Positions 19,490-28,143 of a DNA stretch of 37,609 nt are shown one piece after another. The first letter of the stretch is position 1, and the number at the start of each line of letters is the position of its first letter. Origin of the DNA: Promethearchaeota archaeon (GTDB lineage: Archaea > Asgardarchaeota > Lokiarchaeia > Sigyniarchaeales > SOKP01); the NCBI GenBank assembly GCA_008080735.1, contig SHMW01000039.1, positions 1 to 37,609 on the forward strand, read 5' to 3'. The notes beneath the pieces are model-generated. The model searched no databases. It had not been told where the DNA came from and worked only from the letters and a program-made list of their open reading frames with translations. The translations under genes and the position numbers were made by a program.

Positions 19490-19981
19490 CTAATCGGGAT
19501 GTGTAATGTTTCTATCCCACATCAATAAATTCTTGCCACTTAGCCTGTATGCATCATAAAGATCGGTAAAAAGATTTTCCTCTTCCATTTGCTCCTCATT
19601 AAACCAATCTAAAAGTTCGTATGCATAATACTCTTTCTTCTCTTTGGCTAAGTCCATCAAATCCTTTATTTTGCTGGTAATATGTTCTTCGTGAGAAATA
19701 GCTTCTTTTAGTACAGTTTCAACATCTTGCCAATCTGTAGAAATTTTTTCTATTGTTCCATATTCTACTTTACCACCTGCTTCAAGAATGTAGTCAACAA
19801 ACTTCATCGCATGAACATATTCCTCTTGCTCTGCATGCGTTCGCATAAAATTAGCGAGTCCTTTTAAGCCCTCTCTGTCGGCCCATGCAGCCATACCTAA
19901 ATATATATAAGCTGATCTTAGTTCCTCGACGATCTGCTTATTCATCAGGTCATTCATTTCTGGGGAAATAAAATTTACCAT
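19490..19981 (-). CDS. ftn: Non-heme ferritin
   Basis: QIVEELRSAYIYLGMA, EEYVHAMKF, HEEHIT and WFNEEQMEEE ferroxidase motifs; AGGTGA SD supports ATG at 19981. Confidence 0.92.
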   Translation of the reverse strand: MVNFISPEMNDLMNKQIVEELRSAYIYLGMAAWADREGLKGLANFMRTHAEQEEYVHAMKFVDYILEAGGKVEYGTIEKISTDWQDVETVLKEAISHEEHITSKIKDLMDLAKEKKEYYAYELLDWFNEEQMEEENLFTDLYDAYRLSGKNLLMWDRNITHPD

Positions 19982-20199
19982 ATTTTCATTCACCTAAATT
20001 GATACACATTTAATTTGTAAAAAAGATTTTTTTTATAATTCCAAAAAACCTCTTTATGATCTTATTATTTCTAAAAGTAATTTTAAGATATTTTTTATAA
20101 AAACTTAATTACATTTAAAGGAGAAAAAAAAATTGATTGAAAAATATTTTAAAAGAAGTACTTGAACAAAAATTACCATAATCGGGGATTTTTTATGTC

Positions 20200-20892
20200 T
20201 CACTTGAAAGCGAAATCCACAGCGCCCTCAAGATGTATTTTTAAAGTATCAAAAAGTGGAATATCAACATCTTCAGGCTTAATAATGAGCGGTATCTCTG
20301 TACAACCCAGAATAATTCCTTGCGAACCTTTTTCTTTTAATTTTCTAATAATTTTTAGGAAATATTCTTTAGTTGAATCTAAAAATTTACCCTTCGCAAG
20401 TTCTGTATAAATAGCATTATTTATATATTCCCGATCTCTCCCCTCTGGTATATAAACAGTTAAACCATGTTTATCAGTCAATCTGTTTTCATAAAATTCT
20501 CCTTCCATGGTAAATTTCGTGCCCAATAGGCCTATTCTCTCCAGATTTTTTTCTTTAATGGCTTTCGCAGTCTCATCCACTACATGAATTATAGGGATTG
20601 ATATATTTGATTCGATTTGATCTGCAATTTTATGCATAGTGTTTGAACATATCACAATAGTTTTGCATCCGAATATCTCTAAATTTTGACAAATATCAAT
20701 TATTTCTTCTGCTATCTTATCCCATTCATTTGAATTTTGAAGCGGTAAGATTTCTTGGAAATTAACCGAATATAGTAGGATCTTTGCTGAGTTCCAATCC
20801 CCTAATCTTTCATTTACTAATGAATTGATCACTTTATAATATTCAATAGTGCTTTCCCAGCTCATCCCGCCAATTAGTCCGATCAATTTCAT
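20200..20892 (-). CDS. Aspartate/glutamate racemase family (YgeA/RacX-like)
   Basis: IGLIGGMSWEST, ICSNTMH, LLGTKFTM and ILGCTEI. Confidence 0.92.
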   Translation of the reverse strand: MKLIGLIGGMSWESTIEYYKVINSLVNERLGDWNSAKILLYSVNFQEILPLQNSNEWDKIAEEIIDICQNLEIFGCKTIVICSNTMHKIADQIESNISIPIIHVVDETAKAIKEKNLERIGLLGTKFTMEGEFYENRLTDKHGLTVYIPEGRDREYINNAIYTELAKGKFLDSTKEYFLKIIRKLKEKGSQGIILGCTEIPLIIKPEDVDIPLFDTLKIHLEGAVDFAFK

Positions 20893-20894
20893 AT

Positions 20895-21884
20895 CTATTT
20901 TTTCCAATAGCTTCTTCCTCTCCAAGTATCTTTTAAATCAAATCTCATCAATTCTTCTGGAAAAATATCAAAATAGAGTTGGTTTTTCAAGTATGATTGA
21001 TCAAATCGTATAATCCAGGATTTCAATAGGCTTCTTAGCACAAATAGCGGTATCCATCCAGCCCGATATTTTTCTAATTCATCCAGAAAGTATGCTTTCT
21101 CCTCCTTAGAGAGCTCATCCGAAAAATAGCCCAACATATGCATCAAAACATTGATGTGCGAAGTATATTTGGGAGGATATGCGATAAGTGTATGGAGATG
21201 CGTTTCATATTCTTCAATTACTTCCCTAAATGATTTTTTGCTGGCATTTCCAACGATCCTTCCCATTCTTCTCATCTCTTCTTGATTATAAGCCATAAAG
21301 AGAAATTTGTTTCTCTCTTGAAATTTCACGAGTTTATGCATTGATTCTGATGTTTTTACCTCTCGAAATCGCGTGAGAGTATACAGTTTCGTTAAATAAT
21401 GCTCTCGTATTCTAAAATTCTTCAGCCTCCCCTCATTTTCCACCGGAAGATTACCAAATTTTTCTAAAACAGTCTTTCCGAATAATCCTGGACCAGTTGC
21501 TAATTTTGCTGCCCCTTTCTGAATAGTTGCTAAATATGGAGTATGTTTTGTACCACAAGAAGGTGATTTATATTTTAAAATAAACCCATCTACCTTTTTT
21601 AAAGAATTTAGAAATTGCTCCGCAAATGTGAGCATATTCTCTGTAACATCCATAGCTGTGGAACTTTGAATCAATTTTAAAGATTCATCTTTTTCTTGGA
21701 CGATTCGAATTGGGTCTCGGGGTACTCCTAACCCAATCTCCACTTCTGGGCATATCGGTATAAATTCTACAAAATCCTTCATCTCTTTTACCACATCGCT
21801 GCTGATAATATTGTTATTATAGCGGCAATACGCGAATTCGATACATTTGGACACTACCACAACTGGTTTAATAGAATTATTCAT
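20895..21884 (-). CDS. DUF523 + DUF1722 (YbgA-like) protein
   Basis: SKCIEFAYCRY, ICPEVEIGLGVPR, KSPSCG and EGRL (DUF523), followed by NVLMHMLGYFS and YLKNQLYF (DUF1722). Confidence 0.88.
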   Translation of the reverse strand: MNNSIKPVVVVSKCIEFAYCRYNNNIISSDVVKEMKDFVEFIPICPEVEIGLGVPRDPIRIVQEKDESLKLIQSSTAMDVTENMLTFAEQFLNSLKKVDGFILKYKSPSCGTKHTPYLATIQKGAAKLATGPGLFGKTVLEKFGNLPVENEGRLKNFRIREHYLTKLYTLTRFREVKTSESMHKLVKFQERNKFLFMAYNQEEMRRMGRIVGNASKKSFREVIEEYETHLHTLIAYPPKYTSHINVLMHMLGYFSDELSKEEKAYFLDELEKYRAGWIPLFVLRSLLKSWIIRFDQSYLKNQLYFDIFPEELMRFDLKDTWRGRSYWKK

Positions 21885-21897
21885 ATTTCATAACCTT

Positions 21898-23250
21898 TCA
21901 TAAGTATGTTTTAATATATTTTTGAAGTTCAAACTTTCTTTTTAATCCATTATAAGACATATATCTAATCTTTCCATATATTGGACGTTCTTTCCACGCC
22001 CGATCATGGATCCCTCCAATGGACCATGCAATCCCAGTATAACCATTAGGATCCCTCCCGTCTAATTCATACTTGTTATTCAAAAAGATGGCGATTTGGA
22101 GTGCTTCTTCCGGAGTCTGTGTCCATTCAAGAATCTTTTTACCCCAATACATTCTCATATATCCGTGCATCTTTCCCGTCGTTTTCATTTCGATTTGAGC
22201 AGCGTTCCATGCATCATCATGGGTTTTGGCATTTTCGAACTCTTCTTTCTTGTAAATATATTCCCTTGTATCATTTCGATGAGTATTAAGAGTTTCTTGA
22301 GCCCATGAATGAAATCCCTCAAAGGAATCATACTTAGGCTCATAAAAACAAAAGTTATCAGATAACTCCTTTCTGACAATTATCTCATCATAAAAGGAAT
22401 TCTTCAAATTAGCTACATTTTTTATTTTACTCGCTTCCAAGACAACCCTTTGGGAAGATATATGCCCAAAATGGAGGTATGGAGAGAGATCTGAGGTTCC
22501 CTCTTCGTTGGGATCATTTCGAGTTTTATTATAACTCGTTAATTTTTCTTTAAGGAACTTTTGGAGAATTCTCATTGCATATTCTTCTCCTGGTTTGAAT
22601 TCTGTATCTATAAATTCTGTCTTCTGGACTTCAACCTTATTTAATAACTTTTTCCACTCAATTGGACTGGTATTTTCACTCCATATCTTCCTTAGCTTTT
22701 TTAATTTCGGAAATTCCTCTAAAAACGCTCCTATTTTTACTTCAATCTTCTTGCGTAAGGTATATGCGGCGTATTCCTTCTTTGATGAAACTTCCCATAC
22801 AGGGATTATGTTATGAGCATCCACTTCATAGAATGGGATAGAGATTTTCTCCTTAATTCTTTCATTCCAGGTTTGTTTTATTCTAAGTGGAGAAAAATCC
22901 GTTATCAATAATGAAATCCCATTTTCTTCAATAAATTGTGGAACGAGGATTTCGGGATATCCCAATTTCAGAACAAATGCTATATTTAGAGATTCTAATT
23001 TCTGGCTTACTTGATTCAGCCCTTCTAACATAAACTTGTATATTCGGTAGGTAGCTTCCTTGAATTGAGGAACTAACGTGAAATATACAATAAGCGGACT
23101 TTTATTCTTTAATGCCTGGTTATATCCATAAATTAAGGCCCAATTATCATCTACTCTTTGATCGCGACTCATCCAATATACAATCGATCCTTTCTGCTCT
23201 TTTCCTTTCTGAAGTCGCCTCAATCGTTTTTTATTCATTAAAATTACCAT
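21898..23250 (-). CDS. phr: Class II CPD DNA photolyase
   Basis: YWMSRDQRVDDNWAL, EVDAHNIIP, LSPYLHFG, GKMHGYMRMYWGKKILEW and DGRDPNG class II signatures. Confidence 0.95.
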   Translation of the reverse strand: MVILMNKKRLRRLQKGKEQKGSIVYWMSRDQRVDDNWALIYGYNQALKNKSPLIVYFTLVPQFKEATYRIYKFMLEGLNQVSQKLESLNIAFVLKLGYPEILVPQFIEENGISLLITDFSPLRIKQTWNERIKEKISIPFYEVDAHNIIPVWEVSSKKEYAAYTLRKKIEVKIGAFLEEFPKLKKLRKIWSENTSPIEWKKLLNKVEVQKTEFIDTEFKPGEEYAMRILQKFLKEKLTSYNKTRNDPNEEGTSDLSPYLHFGHISSQRVVLEASKIKNVANLKNSFYDEIIVRKELSDNFCFYEPKYDSFEGFHSWAQETLNTHRNDTREYIYKKEEFENAKTHDDAWNAAQIEMKTTGKMHGYMRMYWGKKILEWTQTPEEALQIAIFLNNKYELDGRDPNGYTGIAWSIGGIHDRAWKERPIYGKIRYMSYNGLKRKFELQKYIKTYL

Positions 23251-23283
23251 TCTACTGGTCCTTGAGAGAAATTTTATATCTCT

Positions 23284-23748
23284 CTATGTTTTATAATCGT
23301 TTAATTGCCCATAGTCTTCAAGCTTGTTATATTTCTTTTTTGGAGATTGAAAATGTACAATAATCTTAGCATCATCTAGCTTCGGATACTTATCAAATAG
23401 ATCTTTATCTGCATATCGAATTACTTTAAGTACATGGGGTAAATGATGGCGGAAAATTCTTTCTCTTAACCAGGCTCCGCCAATCACATATCCTCCACTC
23501 ACATGGAGATAGACATGAAGTTCGTATTCATATTCTCCTTTGATCCATTCAGCCAATACCTCATCTCTCATCAATTTTGAATAGAAATTAGATATTTCTT
23601 CATTATCATAGGAGCAATTGATTGTTAAAAAGAGATCCCCGGTAAAATCTGAGTGAGTAAGTGTGTATTTTCGCTGCAAAATTGATTTCTCAGTCTCAAT
23701 TGAATGAGTACATTTCACATGAATTTTTTCTGGCAGGATTTCGCTCAT
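23284..23748 (-). CDS. Stay-green (SGR) family protein, Mg-dechelatase-like
   Basis: RKYTLTHSDFTGDLFLTI, MRDEVLAEW, LHVYLHVSGG, R..IFRHHLP.VL..IRYAD and VHFQS motifs of the Staygreen family. Confidence 0.88.
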   Translation of the reverse strand: MSEILPEKIHVKCTHSIETEKSILQRKYTLTHSDFTGDLFLTINCSYDNEEISNFYSKLMRDEVLAEWIKGEYEYELHVYLHVSGGYVIGGAWLRERIFRHHLPHVLKVIRYADKDLFDKYPKLDDAKIIVHFQSPKKKYNKLEDYGQLNDYKT

Positions 23749-23909
23749 AATAATTCTCCTAATAAAAATACTCTGCTTTCAATTTATACCTTTTAATAAT
23801 ATTTCATAATCTCATTTAAGAAGAATTTTCTTTCATACTAAGAGAATTTAGAAATAGAATTCATAAAATTGTAAAATGAAAAAAAAAAAAATAAGAGGAA
23901 ATTTATAGA

Positions 23910-24602
23910 TTATTTCAGGTATTCTACTTTTTTCACTACTAATGCGAGAGAAATAATAGACGCAAGTCCAATTAGGAATAATGGATAGGCTGATATATTC
24001 ACGATAGCTTCACCTAAAAAATCATAAAAATAGTTATTAAATGAGATATCTACATCACTCATTACCAAGACTTTCCATTCAGAAATTGTTTTATTATTTG
24101 GAACTATATCTGTAACATTTAATTTAGGAAATGTCCATGCAACTGTCTCCCCATTGATTGCGTGAATACCATACTGGATATATTCTCTTATACCTTCGCA
24201 TTTAACGCTACTACTTGATTGTCTTAAATATATGTGGACATTTGCATCTTTTTGATTGGAACTAGAACTATTTATATTAAAATAGATTTCAATTCTAGAA
24301 TCGGAACTTTCATTATAATCCCCATAAAATCCAACCGCTATGGTGAAATTAGGATCATTTTCAGTAATTGTGATATTTTTAAGATCAATTGAAGGGATTT
24401 GCGTGGATGAAGGAATAAATTGATCATTATCTATAGAATATAAATCGTTTGCTTGATCTTTTATTATATTGTCATTACCAATACTTTTCATAACCACTGG
24501 TATAGTTGGTAAACCTTTGGCATGAACAAACTTGGGAAAGAGAGAAATTCCAAACAGAGATAATATCAAAAAGAAGAATATAAGATTTTTTTTATTTAAC
24601 AT
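23910..24602 (-). CDS. Secreted, C-terminally anchored surface protein (Loki-CTERM-like tail)
   Basis: Signal peptide ending VHA, many N-x-S/T sequons, ISAYP + hydrophobic helix + KK tail. Confidence 0.7.
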   Translation of the reverse strand: MLNKKNLIFFFLILSLFGISLFPKFVHAKGLPTIPVVMKSIGNDNIIKDQANDLYSIDNDQFIPSSTQIPSIDLKNITITENDPNFTIAVGFYGDYNESSDSRIEIYFNINSSSSNQKDANVHIYLRQSSSSVKCEGIREYIQYGIHAINGETVAWTFPKLNVTDIVPNNKTISEWKVLVMSDVDISFNNYFYDFLGEAIVNISAYPLFLIGLASIISLALVVKKVEYLK

Positions 24603-24924
24603 TTTTGTAAAAAATTTATTTTTTAATTTTATTTTAAATGAAGGAATATATAAAGATATCTCAAGTCAAAGTCCCAGATTTTTTCTTATTAATATGTGAG
24701 TAATTAACTAGTATGGAAGAAATAATTGGAATTCAACTAATTATGAATTTATATTTATGTATCCGTTTGATTTATCGAGCTAAAAATAGGTCAATTTTAA
24801 TATTCGAGATTGAAAACCAGAAAAATTATTGCTAAATTGAAAACTCAGAATTTCATAAAGATAGCTTTAAATTCAATAAGATTTAAATATAGAATATTAT
24901 TTAACAGTAGAGGAATGATATGCT

Positions 24925-25161
24925 ATGTTTAAAATAGAAGATGCTCCCACGGGCAGCACAGAGTGTAGTTGGTGTGGAGAGCTCATTAAAAAAGGGTCAC
25001 TTAGACTCAGATTTGCCCCACCAAAAGGCTATAATTATTATTGGCATCAAGAGTGCGGGATTAAATATTTAGAGGGAGTAAAAAGCTTAATAAAAAATGG
25101 TAAACAAGGTCATATTGGAAGGGAAGAGGCCGATAAAGCTCGCAAGGAAGCGGATTTATAA
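24925..25161 (+). CDS. Standalone PARP-type zinc-finger-like protein
   Basis: FKIEDAPTGSTECSWCGELIKKGSLRL..YYWHQEC = C-x2-C-x23-H-x2-C with zf-PARP-like flanks; GAGG SD upstream. Confidence 0.72.
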   Translation: MFKIEDAPTGSTECSWCGELIKKGSLRLRFAPPKGYNYYWHQECGIKYLEGVKSLIKNGKQGHIGREEADKARKEADL

Positions 25162-25260
25162 ATTTGCGATTTCAAATCCTTCTGTTAAAGAGAATTATTA
25201 TTTTTAATTTATTGATTTAAGTATATAGTGAGATTTAAAAAAAGAAAAAAAATAATTTTT

Positions 25261-25950
25261 TTAATGTGCTTTCTTGAATCTTCGTAATGGAACGAAAATG
25301 GAAACAATAGATACAAGAAAAATAACAACCATCGGATATGCTAATATAATCGGATTTGAAAAGCCAATAAAGTCAAAATAATATGTTCCCAGAGAATCTC
25401 CCTGGCTTCTTACTAAAACTCTCCATTCAGGTATAGGTCTAGTATTTGGAATTAAATCTGTTATATTCAATTTAGGAAATGTGAAAGAAACAATATTTCC
25501 ATTGATTGTATGGATTCCGTTTTGTATTGTTATACCTTCATGGCTCAATCTACTATTTGGACCTCCAAGAAATGGAGAAATAGAAACTTGAAGCTTAGAA
25601 TTTCTTGCCTCAAGACCGGAGTTATTAACATCTAAATAGATATTAATTATTGAGGTTTCATTAAAGTCTTCATTTAATTCTATTGTCAGAGTATAGTTCA
25701 AACCAGAGTCAGCAAAACTAATTTTTTTAAGATCAATCCAAGCTATTTGCGTTGGTACAGATACATATTGATCTCCCTCTTGTATATATAAATCATCTGT
25801 CTGATCCGTTATTTCCATATCATTTCCAACAGTTCCCATATCGATAGGAAACTCAATTATTCCGTTTGCTCGCCCTAACGGAAGAAAAAGCGAAATAGTT
25901 AAAAAAGAACAGATCAAAAAATATAGAGCAACTTTATTTTTATTTGACAT
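25261..25950 (-). CDS. Secreted, C-terminally anchored surface protein, paralog of 23910-24602
   Basis: Shared DQ..DLY, TQI..IDLK.I and GIH.ING..V..TFPKLN.TD..PN...I.EW.VLV; ILAYP + TM + RRFKK tail. Confidence 0.7.
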   Translation of the reverse strand: MSNKNKVALYFLICSFLTISLFLPLGRANGIIEFPIDMGTVGNDMEITDQTDDLYIQEGDQYVSVPTQIAWIDLKKISFADSGLNYTLTIELNEDFNETSIINIYLDVNNSGLEARNSKLQVSISPFLGGPNSRLSHEGITIQNGIHTINGNIVSFTFPKLNITDLIPNTRPIPEWRVLVRSQGDSLGTYYFDFIGFSNPIILAYPMVVIFLVSIVSIFVPLRRFKKAH

Positions 25951-26144
25951 CTTTGTAAGTATTCTGTAAATGATCTATTTTTAGATCAAAGAATTATTTA
26001 AATCTATCTTAATTGTGAATTATCATCAATCATATTCTTAGTCTAAATATTCGCAATAATAGAATATCCTTGAGATGGGACGGATTAGAATAAAATCTAT
26101 AAAATTTGCTTTTTAGTATTTTTCTCTTGATTTAGGTTTTGTAA

Positions 26145-26330
26145 GGCTATAATAGGATTAATACGTGAACTACAAACCCTCTCAAGGGGGTGGCTTCAAC
26201 CATTCGGCTAGGCCTTTGCGATGCTAACTTCATGCGGTTGTTCGGGGCATTCACAGGTCCCCCCATCCCAGCGAACTCGTTATCCGCTGAGCTATGTTGA
26301 TGGCAGCATTCAAGTCTCTATCGTAGGTGA
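26145..26330 (-). ncRNA. Putative TnpB omegaRNA (reRNA) scaffold plus flanking guide
   Basis: Position matches known TnpB guide RNAs (tnpB 3' end through the right end into the flank); predicted guide GUAUUAAUCCUAUUAUAGCC. Boundaries approximate, expression unknown. Confidence 0.5.
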
Positions 26331-26407
26331 GCCCGCACCGAGAACACTCCTTAGAGGTATTAAGGGATCTTATCCCTTAAGGGATGAGTTTTCTCGCATT
26401 TTCAATG
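26165..26407 (-). mobile_element. Non-autonomous IS200/IS605-family mini-element (internally deleted, PATE-like)
   Basis: GC-rich island in AT-rich DNA. Minus strand: TTTAT|CATTGAAAATGCGAGAAAACTCATCCCTTAAGGGATAAG (left-end hairpin) ... GAAGCCACCCCCTTGAGAGGGTTTGTAGTTCAC (right-end hairpin ending TCAC); no terminal inverted repeats or target duplication. Confidence 0.85.
26251..26349 (-). pseudogene. tnpB: tnpB 3'-terminal remnant
   Basis: Hand translation ECSRCGLTYDRDLNAAINIAQRITSSLGWGDL* = second Zn-ribbon CxxC plus RuvC-III DRDxNAAxNI; in-frame TAA at 26377-26379 and no start codon. Confidence 0.88.
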
Positions 26408-26413
26408 ATAAAA

Positions 26414-26467
26414 TTTATATACCACTGATCGATATATATGTCACCGATATATCATTTTTCGATATAT
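26414..26467 (+). promoter_or_regulatory. TATA box and putative PadR operator array
   Basis: TTTATATA at 26414-26421, then exact CGATATAT at 26430, 26445 and 26460 (15-bp period), forming an ATATATC-N7-GATATAT palindrome at 26447-26467. Confidence 0.65.
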
Positions 26468-26508
26468 GATATTTCAGATAGTAATTCTCAATATTTGGGG
26501 TTTTTAAA

Positions 26509-27066
26509 ATGCCTGATGATCAAGTGAAAAGATTTGAAAAAGCAATGAAAAAGGGATTTATGAGTTTGCTTGCTTTAACTGTACTCGAAAAAAAACCAAG
26601 ACATGGCTACGGAATCATGAAGGATATTAAAGATCTTACTTTGGGTTTATGGGAACCTCCTGCATCAACGATGTATACAATTTTGGATGATTTAAGTGAA
26701 AATGACCTAATTCATATTATCGAGGAGAAAGTAAAAGATAAAAGGACAAGGAAGGTTTATGGATTAACCCCCAAAGGTGAGGAAACATTAAAAGAATTGA
26801 TCAAAAAGCAGAGAGAAATGATGAAAGGGATGCGTTCAATTATAGTTTCAACACTCGGAATGGACGAGCAAGATTTTCCTGCTGAGGATATTGAACAATT
26901 TATCAATCCTCCCATCATGCTTGGCAAATTAGAGGCAGCCTCAGAGGAAGAAAAACGCGAACTACTAGAAAAAAGAAAACAATTTTTGAAGATGCGAATA
27001 AAGCGCTTTAAGAGCATGCTCCAAAATATTGAGAAAAAATTAGAAAATCTACAAAAAAATGAATAA
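26509..27066 (+). CDS. PadR-family transcriptional regulator
   Basis: LTVLEKKPRHGYGIMK, STMYTILDDL and RKVYGLTPKGEE; coiled-coil C-terminus. Confidence 0.92.
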   Translation: MPDDQVKRFEKAMKKGFMSLLALTVLEKKPRHGYGIMKDIKDLTLGLWEPPASTMYTILDDLSENDLIHIIEEKVKDKRTRKVYGLTPKGEETLKELIKKQREMMKGMRSIIVSTLGMDEQDFPAEDIEQFINPPIMLGKLEAASEEEKRELLEKRKQFLKMRIKRFKSMLQNIEKKLENLQKNE

Positions 27067-27089
27067 AACACATAAAATAACAAATAACA

Positions 27090-28139
27090 TTGGTGAAAAC
27101 AATTTCAGAAACGATAATCAAACTTGAAAACTTAAGCAAACATTTCGGAAACTTGAAAGCAGTTGATAACATCAATTTAGAAGTGAAGCAAGGAGAGACA
27201 ATCGGTTTAGTTGGGCCAAATGGCGCTGGTAAGACCACTACCATCAAAATGATTTCAAATATCTTAAACCCTACGAGCGGCAAGATCTATATCAGAAATA
27301 AAAAGGGAGTACTCCAAAATTTGGTAGAAAACCCCAGAAATTTGGTACCACGGGGATTTTTAATCGATATTCCCTCCTTTTATGAAATGACGCCCGCTCA
27401 GCTACTAACATATTTTGCGAAATTACAGAATTTCCCAAACGACCAAATTAAAGACCGAATGGACAGATTGCTGAAACTTTTTAACTTATATGAATGGAAA
27501 TATGAAAATGTTGAAGACTTTTCAAAAGGGATGAAACAGAAACTTGGAATAATACAAGCTATAATACATGACCCCGATTTCATTATCCTCGATGAGCCGC
27601 AGACAGGACTTGATCCGAAAGCACGAATTGAAGTACGCAGGTTTATTCGCGGGCTCCAAAAGCAAGGAAAAACCATATTTGTAGCCTCACATCTGCTCCA
27701 TGAAATTTCGGAAATCTGCGACAAAATCGCCCTAATTAGCTACGGAAAAATAATCGCCTTTGATACCATTGAAAAACTGGAAGTGAAACTGAGAACAAAT
27801 GAGCTCCTATTTCAAACTCTCCAAGAGATCACCCCCGATAAATTAGGACCAATTATCGAGAAATTAACTTCCAAGCTTGAACCATATTTAGATAAAGATT
27901 TGGACCCGAAAATATCGAGGATCCCCGTGTATTATGACTCGAAGGATAAAGAATTTGTTATCTATTATGACGGGAAACGCGAGTCAAGAGCAGATATTTT
28001 GAAGATTCTAATGAACGAATTTCCAGAATTCGATTTAATCTCCTTTTCTCAGCCACGTACCTCACAATTAGAACGGATTTATGAACAAATGATAGGAGAT
28101 CAAGGTCAAAAAGAAATGAATGAACGGAGGATGAAATAG
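27090..28139 (+). CDS. ABC exporter ATP-binding subunit
   Basis: GPNGAGKTT, FSKGMKQK, IILDEPQTGLD and ASHLL. Confidence 0.95.
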   Translation: MVKTISETIIKLENLSKHFGNLKAVDNINLEVKQGETIGLVGPNGAGKTTTIKMISNILNPTSGKIYIRNKKGVLQNLVENPRNLVPRGFLIDIPSFYEMTPAQLLTYFAKLQNFPNDQIKDRMDRLLKLFNLYEWKYENVEDFSKGMKQKLGIIQAIIHDPDFIILDEPQTGLDPKARIEVRRFIRGLQKQGKTIFVASHLLHEISEICDKIALISYGKIIAFDTIEKLEVKLRTNELLFQTLQEITPDKLGPIIEKLTSKLEPYLDKDLDPKISRIPVYYDSKDKEFVIYYDGKRESRADILKILMNEFPEFDLISFSQPRTSQLERIYEQMIGDQGQKEMNERRMK

Positions 28140-28143
28140 AAAT

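Noticed and set aside
24755-24763. TTTAT+GTAT as a possible local target of the omegaRNA guide
   Set aside because: Only 4 nt of guide match after the TAM, expected by chance in AT-rich DNA.
26430-26467. Short direct repeats as a possible CRISPR or iteron array
   Set aside because: 8-bp unit with 7-bp spacers and no cas or rep gene; better explained as an operator.
26221-26469. 82-aa plus-strand ORF
   Set aside because: Antisense to the tnpB remnant and runs through the IS end and promoter; a shadow ORF caused by locally higher GC.
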